Positions 41,636-50,396 of a stretch of 64,000 nucleotides of DNA are shown here, piece after piece; the first letter of the stretch is position 1; the number at the start of each line of letters is the position of its first letter. The translations under genes and the position numbers were made by a program. The notes beneath the pieces were generated by a model, which made no database searches, had not been told where the DNA came from, and was given only the letters and a program-made list of their open reading frames with translations. The DNA comes from an uncultured Chloroflexia bacterium (GTDB taxonomy: Bacteria > Chloroflexota > Limnocylindria > Limnocylindrales > CSP1-4). Where the stretch lies: the NCBI GenBank assembly GCA_963700245.1, contig CAVOWV010000017.1:64236-128235 (forward strand), given 5' to 3'.

Positions 41636-41745
41636 CAGGTCAGGTATCGGCGCGGGTAGGTCAGCTCGGCGCGGGTAAGGTCAGCTCGGCGCGGGTAGGT
41701 CAGCTCGGCGCGGGTAAGGTCAGCTCTTGGCGCCGGTAGGTCAGA
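41636..41745. repeat. Tandem repeat, 19-20-nt unit, about 5 copies (GGTCAGCTCGGCGCGGGTA[A]); the last unit merges into the stop-codon region of the adjacent gene
   Basis: Read directly. The final unit, GGTCAGACCTCGGCGGCGG, contains the TCA (stop) of the minus-strand gene ending at 41741. Confidence 0.8.
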
Positions 41746-42256
41746 CCTCGGCGGCGGCCTCGGTCTCGATGTCGTCGGCGGCGGCGGTCACCTCGGCCTC
41801 GACCTCCTCCGGGATCTCGTGCGTCTCGGGGGTCCCACCCAGCTCGGCGAGCTTGGCCGCCACGTTGGTCGCCCGATCGTCGGCGACGAGCACTCCCACC
41901 GCGGCCTTGCCCCCGGTCAGCTCCGCGGCGATGCGCTCGCGGTCGTCGGCCTTGAGGCCCAGGCCCTTGTGGTGCATCGCGCCCGCGATGCCACCCAGGA
42001 CGGGGAGGCCGATCACGCCGATGGGGCCGGTGGCGAACAGGATGGCCATGGCCGCACCCACGCCGATGCCCTTGGGAATCGTGCGACGGCCGAGCTTGCG
42101 CGTCTTGACCTGCCCGTCCTCGTCGAGGACGAGGACACCGATCGAGTTCAGCTTGATGTCGTAGTACAGGTCGTCCCAGGCCTTGAGTTCTTCCACGGCC
42201 GCGTCGGCGGCGGCCTCGTCGGCGAAGAACGCGAGAACGACATGCTTCCTGGACAT
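41741..42256 (-). CDS. DUF1269-like glycine-zipper membrane protein (general-stress type)
   Basis: MSRKHVVLAFFADEAAADAAVEELK... is followed by IGVGAAMAILFATGPIGVIGLPVLGGIAGAM and a second soluble repeat with an acidic tail. Start chosen at 42256. Confidence 0.55.
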   Translation of the reverse strand: MSRKHVVLAFFADEAAADAAVEELKAWDDLYYDIKLNSIGVLVLDEDGQVKTRKLGRRTIPKGIGVGAAMAILFATGPIGVIGLPVLGGIAGAMHHKGLGLKADDRERIAAELTGGKAAVGVLVADDRATNVAAKLAELGGTPETHEIPEEVEAEVTAAADDIETEAAAEV

Positions 42257-42403
42257 CAGCAGAACCTCGCTAGCGCATGGGCCCGGCGGGGGTCCGCTGC
42301 GGCGGGACCCCGGGGGATCGAGTATCGCCGACCTGCGATCCGGGAGCATCATGCAGCCGAAGGAGTGGTCAGGGGCGCCCGCCCTCGACACCAAGGAGAC
42401 CAG

Positions 42404-42586
42404 ATGCGCCCGACCCGACTCGTCCTCGCCGCCGTGCTTGCCCTCGTGGGCATCATCTGGCTCGGGCAGGGCCTGGGGTTCATCGCCGGCAGCTTCATGA
42501 CCGGGAGCCTGTTCTGGGCCGCCGTGGGAGCGGTGCTGCTCGCGGGCGCCGTGGTCCTCGTCCTGCGGGAGCGCGGTCGCGCCTAG
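42404..42586 (+). CDS. Hypothetical 60-aa two-TM protein
   Basis: The ATG follows AAGGAGA. Sequence: MRPTRLVLAAVLALVGIIWLGQGLGFIAGSFMTGSLFWAAVGAVLLAGAVVLVLRERG. Confidence 0.45.
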   Translation: MRPTRLVLAAVLALVGIIWLGQGLGFIAGSFMTGSLFWAAVGAVLLAGAVVLVLRERGRA

Positions 42587-42732
42587 GCACGGCCCGACGC
42601 AGGTCCGCGGGCAGGCTCACCCTCAGGTCCACGCGCGGCCCGCGGCGCGCAGGTCCACGCGCAGGCTCACGAGCGCGCGGGCCCACGAGCGAGGAGGCCC
42701 GAGCGCGCCACCCGCGCTATGCTCGCCCGGCG

Positions 42733-43858
42733 ATGCCCCCCGTGATCGACCTCCGCTCCGACACCGTCACGCACCCCACCGACGCCATGCGCCGCGCGAT
42801 GGCCGCTGCCCGGGTCGGCGACGACGTCTTCGGCGACGACCCCACGGTCATCGAGCTGGAGGCCCGTGCCGCCACGCTCCTGGGCAAGGAGGCCGGCCTG
42901 TTCGTGGCGAGCGGCACGATGGGCAACCTGGTCTCGCTGATGGCGCACCTTCCCCGTGGCCACGAGGCCATCGCCGGCGAGATGACCCACACGATCCTGG
43001 ACGAGGCGGGCGGCCACGCCGTCGTCGTGGGGGCGACGATCCGCGCCCTGCGCGAACGTCCCGACGGGACCCTGGACCCGGACGGAGATCGAGAGCGCCT
43101 TCCGCGACCCGACGGACGTCCACGAGCCCATCACCGGGCTGGTCGTGCTGGAGAACACGCACGCCCACTCCGGGGGCCAGCCACTGCCGATCGCCTACCT
43201 GGAGCGCGTCGCGGCCATCGCCCACGATCGCGGCGTGCCCCTGCATGTCGACGGCGCCCGGTTCTTCAACGCCGCCGTCGCGCTGGGCGTCGAACCGGCT
43301 GCCCTGGCTGCGCCCGCCGACACGATCACCTTCTGCCTCTCGAAGGGGCTGTCGGCGCCCATCGGCTCCGTGGTGGTCGGCCCCGCCGCGTTCATCGCCC
43401 GCGCCCGCCGCGCCCGCAAGCTCCTGGGCGGCGGGATGCGCCAGGTGGGCGTGCTGGCGGCCGCCGGCCTGGTGGCGCTCGACGACGGCCCGGACGGGAC
43501 CATCGCGCGCCTCGCCGAAGACCACGCCAACGCACGCCGGCTCGCGGAGGGCCTGGCCGAGCTCACGGCCATCCGATCCCCCGGCGGCATCGCCCAGCCG
43601 GACGAGGACGGGCCGCTGGACCCGACCCGCGTCGCGACCAACTTCGTGCTGTTCCGCGTGGCTCGCGACCGCACGGCGTTCCTCGCCGCCCTCGAGGCGA
43701 GAGGCGTCCTGATGGTGGCCTATCCCCGCGGCCAGATCCGCGCCGTCACGCACCTCGGGGTGACGGCCGACGACATCGACAGGGTGGTGGCCGCGGCCGC
43801 CGACGCCCTGCGCGAGACCGACCCGAGCCCAACGGCAATGGCGGCCGGCGCCGCCTGA
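42733..43858 (+). CDS. ltaE: Low-specificity L-threonine aldolase, one frame shift as assembled
   Basis: [23 protein letters not shown]...[11 protein letters not shown]...ASGTMGNL, then a shift near 43080-43140 into ORF 43145..43858 ([12 protein letters not shown]...[13 protein letters not shown]). Confidence 0.8.
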
Positions 43859-43928
43859 GGCGCCCGCCAGCCCACCGCCCCCGACCCATGCCGGGGCGCC
43901 GCCTCGAACCCGCGGCGCCGGAGGAACG

Positions 43929-45611
43929 ATGACCACACTGCTCGGCGGCCAGGATCTCCCTCGACCGGCCGCCACGCCCGACGCAGGCCCGCTCGACGAC
44001 CGCCTCTACGACATCGTCGAGACCCGCGTCCGGCGCCTGTTCACCGACAACCCCATCATGGCCACCTACTTCGGGATCCACAGCGAGGACCACCGCCTGG
44101 GCGACGCCGGGCGTGATGCCGTCGAGCACGAGATCGCCGAGGACAAGGCGCACCTCGCGGCCGTCGAGGCGCTCGATCCGGCCGGCTTGTCGGCCACCGC
44201 GCGGTTCGAGCGGGACCTGGAGATCCACAACGTCCGCCTGGCGCTCTTCGACGCCGACGAGGTCCGCCGCTGGGAGCACCGGTCGCAGGCCGCCGGCGAC
44301 ATCGGGGACGCCGTGTTCGCGCTGTTCGCGCGGGGCGCCTCGCCGCTCTCGGAACGGATCGAGCGGATCGCGGACCGACTCGAGGGCGTGCCGGCGTTCC
44401 TCCGACGCAGGCGCGCAGCCGGGCCGTCGGGCCGCAGGTCGGCCTGTGGCAGAAGGTGGAGCTGCGCTACGCGAAGGACCTGCCCGGGCCTCTTCGCCGA
44501 GGTGCGCGAGGCCGCGGAGGAGGTCCTCGATGCCCGGGAGCTGGCGCGGCTGGACCGCGCGATCCACGGCGCCCGCACGGCCCTCGACGACCACGTCACG
44601 TGGCTGGACGGGACGCTGGCCACCGCGACAGAGGACTGGCCGCTGGGCCGCGAGCGCTACGACGAGCTGGTCCGCCTGCGCGCCTTCGGCGACCTGGACG
44701 CGGACACCATCCTCGAGATCGGCTGGGACCAGCTGCGCACGAACACGGAGGCGCGCCGCGCGGCCGCCCGCGAGCTGGATCCCGATGCGGACCTGCCGTC
44801 CGTCATCGAGCGCCTCAAGGCGGACCACCCGGCCACCTTCGAGGACGCCCTGGAGGGGTACAAGGACGCGATGCGCCGCGCCCGCGCCTATCTCATCGAG
44901 CACGACATCGTCACCGTCCCGGACGACGAGGTCATCGACGTGATCGCGACGCCCGAGTACCTGCGCAGCGTGATGCCGTTCGCGGCCTACTTCTCGCCGG
45001 CCCGCTTCGACGCCGACCAGCGCGGCATCTACGTCGTGACGCCGGCCGTCGACAACGACCCCAACGCGATGCTGGAGCACTACTTCGCCTCGATCTCGAA
45101 CACCAGCATCCACGAGGCGTACCCCGGCCACCATCTCCAGCTCGCGGTGGCCGCCAAGCACCCGAGCCTGACGCGGATGCTCACCGACGCCCCCGAGTTC
45201 GTCGAGGGCTGGGGCATGTACTCCGAGCAGATGATGCGCGAGGAGGGCTTCGACGCCGGGCCGGCCTTCCGCACGGCGATGTACACGGACGCGGTCTGGC
45301 GCGCCTGCCGGATCATCCTGGACGTGCGGATGCACCGCGGCGAGCTCACCCCCGACGAGGCGACGGACTTCCTCGTGGAGCACACCTCGTTCGAGACGGC
45401 CAACGCCCGCTCCGAGGTCCGGCGCTACACGTACACGCCGGGCTACCAGCTGTCCTACCTGCTGGGCAAGGTGCTGATCCTGGGCATGCGCGAGGACGAG
45501 AAGCGCCGCCGCGGCGCGGACTTCAGCCTCCGGGCCTTCCATGACACGCTGCTCCGCAACGGCTCCCTGCCGATCAGCTTCCATCGCCGCATCCTCCAGG
45601 GCGAGGGCTGA
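43929..45611 (+). CDS. DUF885 family protein
   Basis: 560 aa with IHEAYPGHHLQ. The stretch 44400-44500 (RRRRAAGPSGRRSACGRRWSCATRRTCPG) looks out of frame; the alternative frame reads QVGLWQKVELRYAKDLPG. This suggests two compensating indels. Confidence 0.75.
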   Translation: MTTLLGGQDLPRPAATPDAGPLDDRLYDIVETRVRRLFTDNPIMATYFGIHSEDHRLGDAGRDAVEHEIAEDKAHLAAVEALDPAGLSATARFERDLEIHNVRLALFDADEVRRWEHRSQAAGDIGDAVFALFARGASPLSERIERIADRLEGVPAFLRRRRAAGPSGRRSACGRRWSCATRRTCPGLFAEVREAAEEVLDARELARLDRAIHGARTALDDHVTWLDGTLATATEDWPLGRERYDELVRLRAFGDLDADTILEIGWDQLRTNTEARRAAARELDPDADLPSVIERLKADHPATFEDALEGYKDAMRRARAYLIEHDIVTVPDDEVIDVIATPEYLRSVMPFAAYFSPARFDADQRGIYVVTPAVDNDPNAMLEHYFASISNTSIHEAYPGHHLQLAVAAKHPSLTRMLTDAPEFVEGWGMYSEQMMREEGFDAGPAFRTAMYTDAVWRACRIILDVRMHRGELTPDEATDFLVEHTSFETANARSEVRRYTYTPGYQLSYLLGKVLILGMREDEKRRRGADFSLRAFHDTLLRNGSLPISFHRRILQGEG

Positions 45612-45617
45612 GGGCGG

Positions 45618-46319
45618 ATGGACGTCATCCCGGCGATCGACCTCCGGGGCGGGCGCTCCCGCGTGGTGTACTGGCCCGGGGCCGCCGCCGGCACGGGCAC
45701 GCCGACGGACCGGCCGGAGCGGATCGCGGAGCAGTTCGTGGGCATGGGCGCCCGGATCCTGCACCTCGTGGACTTCGACGGCGCCCAGCAGGCACGCCCG
45801 GTCAACCTCGAGGCCGTGGGCGCCGTGGCCGCCCGGGTCGCCGTCCCGCTCCAGCTCGCGGGCGGGCTGGAGGATGCGGACCACGTGCGACTCGCGTTCG
45901 CGGCCGGAGCCACGCGGGTCGTGCTGTCCGTTGCCATCGCCGAGCGGCCGGACGCCCTCCGCGCGTGCCTGTCGGTGGCCGGAGACTGGCTCGCCGTCGG
46001 CCTCGACCCGCGGCCCGAGCGGCTGGCCGCCTTTCCCTGGCAGCGCACGACTCCGCCAACCCTCGATACCCTTGTGGAGGAGCTCGTCGCCGGCGGCGTG
46101 CGCCGCCTCGTGCTGAGCCACGGCGGCGCCTCGCCGGACACCTCGCTCCTCGCCGCGCTCCGGCGCCGCCACGAGGTGGAGGTGCTGGTCGCCGGTGGCG
46201 CGAACGACCTCGACGCCGTGCGCCGGCTGCGCGACGCCGGCGTGACCGGACTCATCCTCGGAGAGGCGCTCCTCTCCGGGTCCATCGACTTCCCCCGTGC
46301 CCTGGAGACAGCCGCATGA
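45618..46319 (+). CDS. HisA/HisF-family (beta/alpha)8-barrel protein, divergent paralog
   Basis: MDVIPAIDLRGGRSRVV...LHLVDFDGA...VPLQLAGGL...LVAGGANDLDAVRRL...G.ILGEALLSG. Confidence 0.6.
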   Translation: MDVIPAIDLRGGRSRVVYWPGAAAGTGTPTDRPERIAEQFVGMGARILHLVDFDGAQQARPVNLEAVGAVAARVAVPLQLAGGLEDADHVRLAFAAGATRVVLSVAIAERPDALRACLSVAGDWLAVGLDPRPERLAAFPWQRTTPPTLDTLVEELVAGGVRRLVLSHGGASPDTSLLAALRRRHEVEVLVAGGANDLDAVRRLRDAGVTGLILGEALLSGSIDFPRALETAA

Positions 46320-47036
46320 CCCGTCACCGTCACATCAAGGGGTTCCTCGCCGCCCTCGCCGTTCCTGTCCTGCTCGCCGCCTGCTCGTCCGGCGGCGGCA
46401 CGGCGCCCCTGCCCACGATCCCCTCCCAGGGCCCGGCAACCCCGGCACCCGAGGCGTCGCATCCCGGCCCGACGTACCCGCCCGGGTGCCCGACCGAGCA
46501 GCCGGACGCGCTGGGTGCCGGTGAGACCCGAACGGTCACGATCACGACCGACAAGGGCGACTTCACGATGAAGATCGAGGCCGACCTGTCCCCGATCGCC
46601 ACCGGCAACTTCGTGACCCTTGCCGAGTGCGGGTACTACGACAACGTGGTCTTCCACCGCCTCGTGCCCGGGTTCGTCATCCAGGGTGGTGATGGCCAGT
46701 TCGGCCGCTCGCCGGACGTCATCCCGGAGCTCGTGGGAGCGGGGGGACCGCCCTACAACATCCAGGACGAGCCCGTCACCGCGAAGTACGGGCGCGGCAC
46801 CGTCGCCATGGCGCGCTCGTCGCAACCCAACTCGCGTCGGCTCCCAGTTCTTCGTCGTCCTCGACGACGCCGCCGAGCCTGCGCTCGCGAGCGCGAACAC
46901 CTACCAGATCATCGGCGAGGTCACCGCCGGCATGGACGTCGTCGACGCCATCGCGGCGATGCCCAACAGCGGCCCGCCCAACAACGCCGCCGTCGATCCG
47001 CTGCCCATGACCAAGGTCACCGTCGCCAACCCGTAG
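46316..47036 (+). CDS. Cyclophilin-type peptidyl-prolyl isomerase lipoprotein, one frame shift as assembled
   Basis: The ATG overlaps the upstream stop (ATGA). The lipobox is VLLAACSS. The sequence NFVTLAECGYYDNVVFHRLVPGFVIQGGD... shifts near 46820 into ...GSQFFVVLDD...IIGEVTAGMDVVDAI. Confidence 0.8.
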
Positions 47037-47061
47037 CCAATCCCGCACCCGCCACAGGAGC

Positions 47062-47556
47062 ATGCCCATGACCCGCGCGATCATCGCCACCGAAGCCGGC
47101 ACCATCGAGGCCGACCTGTTCACCGATGGTGCGCCGCTCGCGGCCGCCAACTTCATCAAGCTTGCGAACGCGGGCTTCTACGACGACGTGATCTTCCACC
47201 GCGTCATCCCCGGGTTCATGATCCAGGGCGGCGACGGCGAGTACGGCAAGAAGTCGTCGCTCAACACGGGTCGCGTCGGGACCGGCGGGCCGGGCTACAA
47301 GTTCGCGGACGAGCCGTTCACCGGCACCTACCAGCGCGGCACGCTCGCGATGGCGAATGCCGGCCCGAACACCAACGGCTCGCAGTTCTTCATCTGCCAC
47401 GCGGCTGTCGGGCTGCCCAAGAGCTACACGATCTTCGGCCAGGTCACGAAGGGCCTCGAGGTGGTCGATGCCATCGCGACGGCGCCGCGCAACTCGCGCG
47501 ACCTGCCGGACGCGCCGGTGGCGATGACCAGCGTCACGATCCTCGAGGACGCATAA
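47062..47556 (+). CDS. Cyclophilin-type peptidyl-prolyl cis-trans isomerase (cytoplasmic)
   Basis: NFIKLANAGFYDDVIFHRVIPGFMIQGGD...GTLAMANAGPNTNGSQFFI; 164 aa. Confidence 0.92.
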   Translation: MPMTRAIIATEAGTIEADLFTDGAPLAAANFIKLANAGFYDDVIFHRVIPGFMIQGGDGEYGKKSSLNTGRVGTGGPGYKFADEPFTGTYQRGTLAMANAGPNTNGSQFFICHAAVGLPKSYTIFGQVTKGLEVVDAIATAPRNSRDLPDAPVAMTSVTILEDA

Positions 47557-47781
47557 CCCGCTCGAACGTTAAGGGATTTTCACCGAAGGAGCGGATAAAC
47601 CCCTTCCCTAATCCGCACTACGGCGCTAGGATATCGATGCTGCCAGTCAGCCAAGGCTGCCCCAGCATCAGGATCATGGGTAGGTTGGGTTAGGGTAGTC
47701 GGTCAAGCCGACGAGATAGATGATCCTGGAGCGATGGCAGAAGGTCCGCCCGAAATGGTGGACACCTTCACCGGGACAGCA

Positions 47782-47811
47782 ACGAGGCGGTTCCTCCGGG
47801 AACCGCCTCGT
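47782..47811 (+). terminator. Perfect 13-bp stem / 4-nt loop hairpin (ACGAGGCGGTTCC-TCCG-GGAACCGCCTCGT) followed by ACGTTTAA
   Basis: Read directly. The T-tract is weak and the orientation is ambiguous. Confidence 0.4.
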
Positions 47812-47866
47812 ACGTTTAAGGCGCTGCGGCAATTCAGGCGCGGCTGCAAAGGCTCGGCTGCGGCAC

Positions 47867-47890
47867 GGGTGGCCCAGGACCCGGCCACCC
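47867..47890 (-). terminator. Hairpin GGGTGGCC-N8-GGCCACCC, 4 nt downstream of the modB stop
   Basis: Read directly. There is no clear U-tract. Confidence 0.3.
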
Positions 47891-47894
47891 GGGC

Positions 47895-48740
47895 TCAGGC
47901 GGTCGCCCTCGAGTCCAGCACCTGGCCCCAGTGCAGGACGCGGACCGCCACCAGGACGCCGAGCGCCGCAAGCACGAGGATCGCCGCCGCCGCGATCGAG
48001 GTCTCGAGGCTCCCGCCTTCGAACTCGGAGTAGACGACCAGGGGCATCGTCTGGGTCCGGCCGGCCACGTTGCCCGCGAACAGGATGGTGGCGCCGAACT
48101 CGCCCATCGCCCGTGCCCAGCTCATGACCAGCCCGGCGGCGAGCGCCCCACCCGCCAGGGGCACCGTGACGCGGCGGAACAGCTGCAGCTCCGAGGCACC
48201 ATCGACGCGCGCGGCGTCCTCGAGGTCATGGTCAACCCCCGCGATCCCCGCCCGCGCGGAGCGGACGAAGAACGGCGCCGAGACGAACACCTGCGCGAGG
48301 ACCACGGCGAACGTCGTGAAGGCGATGTCCAGCCCTGCGACCTCCAGGGTCCCGCCGAGCCAGCCCCGCCGTCCGAACACCAGGAGCAGCGCCAGCCCGG
48401 CCACGGACGGAGGGAGCACGATCGGCAGGTCCACCACCGTCTCCACCAGCCACTTGCCGCGGAAGCGGCGGCGAGCGAGGACGATCGCCAGCGGCAGCCC
48501 GAACACCACCGTGATCACGAGGCTGACCGCCGTGGTCGCAAGGCTGAGCGCCAAGGCCGGCAGCACCACCGACGACGCTGCGGTCGCTGGCAGCAGGCCA
48601 CCCAGGAGCGCCCGCGTGATGATCGCGAGGACCGGCAGACCCAGGAACAGGGCGAACAGGGTCGCCAGGGCCACGACGGAGCGCGCGCCCCAGCGGTCGG
48701 ATCGCGAGGAGCCCGGGTGGGCGAGGGCGGTCTCGCTCAC
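47895..48740 (-). CDS. modB: Molybdate ABC transporter permease
   Basis: 281 aa with an ABC permease EAA-type loop (DAARVDGASELQLFRRVTVPL). It is adjacent to modA. Confidence 0.88.
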   Translation of the reverse strand: MSETALAHPGSSRSDRWGARSVVALATLFALFLGLPVLAIITRALLGGLLPATAASSVVLPALALSLATTAVSLVITVVFGLPLAIVLARRRFRGKWLVETVVDLPIVLPPSVAGLALLLVFGRRGWLGGTLEVAGLDIAFTTFAVVLAQVFVSAPFFVRSARAGIAGVDHDLEDAARVDGASELQLFRRVTVPLAGGALAAGLVMSWARAMGEFGATILFAGNVAGRTQTMPLVVYSEFEGGSLETSIAAAAILVLAALGVLVAVRVLHWGQVLDSRATA

Positions 48741-49579
48741 GGGGCCGGCCCGAAGCCCAACGGGCCGAGGATCTCGCGCCCGCCGGGCCCGGCCATCCAG
48801 GCGAGGAACTTGGCCGCGGCCACGGCGTTCGGGGACTCCCGCAGCACCAGCCCCGCGTAGGTGGCGGTGACGTTCGCGTTCGCCGGCACCTCGAGGGACC
48901 TGACCCCCGTGGAGGCCACGGCATCGGTCTGGTAGACGATCCCGGCATCGCCCTCACCCAGCTCCAGCTTGGCGACCACGGCCCGCACGCTCGCCTCGCG
49001 GGTGGCCACGTTGGCGGCGTAGGCGTCCGCGAAGTCCGCTGGGTAGCCCGGTTGTCGGGCGAGGTTCTCGACGAGCTCCGAGGCGTACGCGGTGATCGGC
49101 ACCCCCTCGCCGGCGGCGATGACCAGCACGCCCGGCCGGGCGAGGTCCGCGGGCGATGCGAGCTTCGCCGGGTTGTCGGCCGGAACGATGACCGCGAGGG
49201 AGTTCGTGGCGAATGCCACCGGCTCGCCCGCCGCGAACCCGCCGTCCACGAGGCGCTCGGGGTTGCGGGTGTCGGCAGACAGGAACACGTCGCCCGGTGC
49301 GCCCTGCTCGATCCGGGTGGCCAGCGCGGTCGACGAGTCCGTGGCGACCGTGATCGTGACGCCGGGCGTCGCCGCCTCGTAGGCCGTGGCGGCTCGCTCG
49401 AGAGCGTCCTGGAGCGACGCGGCGCCGAGGACGAGCAGCTCCACGGGCTCGCCGGGCTTCGTTCCGGTCGCCGTGGCGGGCTCGGTGGCGGAGCTGGTGG
49501 CCGCCGACGATGCACAGCCCCCGACGATGGGTGCGGCGAGGAGCGCGAGGAGCAGCGCGACGGCCGTACCGACCCGCAT
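48737..49579 (-). CDS. modA: Molybdate ABC transporter substrate-binding lipoprotein
   Basis: The lipobox is IVGGCASS. Further motifs: LLVLGAASLQDAL...VFLSAD...GIVYQTDA. Confidence 0.88.
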   Translation of the reverse strand: MRVGTAVALLLALLAAPIVGGCASSAATSSATEPATATGTKPGEPVELLVLGAASLQDALERAATAYEAATPGVTITVATDSSTALATRIEQGAPGDVFLSADTRNPERLVDGGFAAGEPVAFATNSLAVIVPADNPAKLASPADLARPGVLVIAAGEGVPITAYASELVENLARQPGYPADFADAYAANVATREASVRAVVAKLELGEGDAGIVYQTDAVASTGVRSLEVPANANVTATYAGLVLRESPNAVAAAKFLAWMAGPGGREILGPLGFGPAP

Positions 49580-49975
49580 TCAGCGCGCCTCGCGCCGGGC
49601 GGGGATCTCCACGATCACGTTCGTGGCCTTCACCACCGCGACCGCCTCGTCGCCCACCCGGAGGCCCATGTCATCCACGGCCTCCGCGGTCATGAGGCTG
49701 ACCATCCGGTGGGGGCCCGCCATGATCTCCACCACGGCGGCGACGCGATCCTTCTCGATCCGGGTGACGATCCCCGTCAGCCGGTTCCGCGCGGACCCTC
49801 CAACGATCGGGCGGTCCGGTGCCTGGGCGCGGCGTTCGGCCAGCAGGCGAGTGACCTCGGCGATCGGCACCATCCGCTGACCGCCGGCCGAGCGTTCCGT
49901 GCGGAGGCGGCCCTCCGTCTCCCAGCGGCGCATCGTGTCCACGGACACCCCGAGCATCTCGGCCGCCTGGCCCAC
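49580..49975 (-). CDS. MerR/excisionase-type HTH + TOBE (Mop) domain molybdate-responsive regulator
   Basis: GQAAEMLGVSVDTMRRWETEGRL is the HTH. SARNRLTGIVTRIEKDRVAAVVEI...VKATNVIV is the TOBE domain. It is first in the modAB operon. Confidence 0.8.
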   Translation of the reverse strand: MGQAAEMLGVSVDTMRRWETEGRLRTERSAGGQRMVPIAEVTRLLAERRAQAPDRPIVGGSARNRLTGIVTRIEKDRVAAVVEIMAGPHRMVSLMTAEAVDDMGLRVGDEAVAVVKATNVIVEIPARREAR

Positions 49976-50016
49976 CCGGAGCAGCGTGTCGCGACTCGCT
50001 GGATTCTTCGTCCATA

Positions 50017-50029
50017 CCTAGATACTAGG
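50017..50029. promoter_or_regulatory. Palindrome CCTAG-ATA-CTAGG upstream of the mod regulator; candidate operator
   Basis: Read directly, 42 nt upstream of the GTG at 49975. Confidence 0.2.
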
Positions 50030-50150
50030 GCGTCAGTCGGCACAACTTCCATAGGTACGTGGCGACAACAGCCCGACTCGGACGGCGCCCCACGAGCGGG
50101 TGCCGGGCGGCTGGTATCCTTGCAACCCGCGACTCCCCCGTCGCCACGCG

Positions 50151-50226
50151 CGCCTGTAGCTCAGTGGATAGAGCGTCGGCCTCCGGAGCCGAAGGTCGCA
50201 GGTTCGAATCCTGTCGGGCGCGCCAA
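50151..50226 (+). tRNA. tRNA-Arg (anticodon CCG)
   Basis: GCGCCTGTAGCTCAGTGGATAGAGCGTCGGCCTCCGGAGCCGAAGGTCGCAGGTTCGAATCCTGTCGGGCGCGCCA folds as a 76-nt cloverleaf. The anticodon loop is CTCCGGA and CCA is encoded. Confidence 0.93.
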
Positions 50227-50396
50227 ACCACCCCGCTCTTGCCGCGGACTCCCGTGCTCCGTGTTGCGTGCCGCCCTGTTGGGTGGCCGTCTGGTGCAGG
50301 CACCATGCCCCGTCAGCGCCGCGTGCGCAAGCGCGTTGTGTGCAGTGCCTGCGGGCCGCGGGTGGTCCCTGGATCCGCAGCATGGTCGTCGTGGCG

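Larger units (their letters stand above)
47557..47894. other. ORF-free, visibly less GC-rich gap of 338 nt with nested hairpins; candidate structured ncRNA
   Basis: Stems read directly are AAGGG..CCCTT (about 47573-47607), GATGCTG..CAGCATC enclosing CAGCC-AA-GGCTG, and AGGATCAT..ATGATCCT enclosing GTCGG-TCAAG-CCGAC with a G-run segment GGGTAGGTTGGGTTAGGG. There are also GAAGGT..ACCTTC and two strong terminal hairpins. Confidence 0.3.

Noticed and set aside
41359-41745. Possible CRISPR array
   Set aside because: The units are 15-20 nt and directly abutting, with no unique spacers. There are no cas genes in the window.
47557-47894. SRP (4.5S) RNA, 6S RNA, tmRNA, RNase P RNA, or a decayed modC
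   Set aside because: I could not find the SRP GGAA-tetraloop/AGCA motif, a tRNA-like 3' end, RNase P conserved blocks, or any Walker-motif remnant in any frame. It is kept only as an unclassified structured region.
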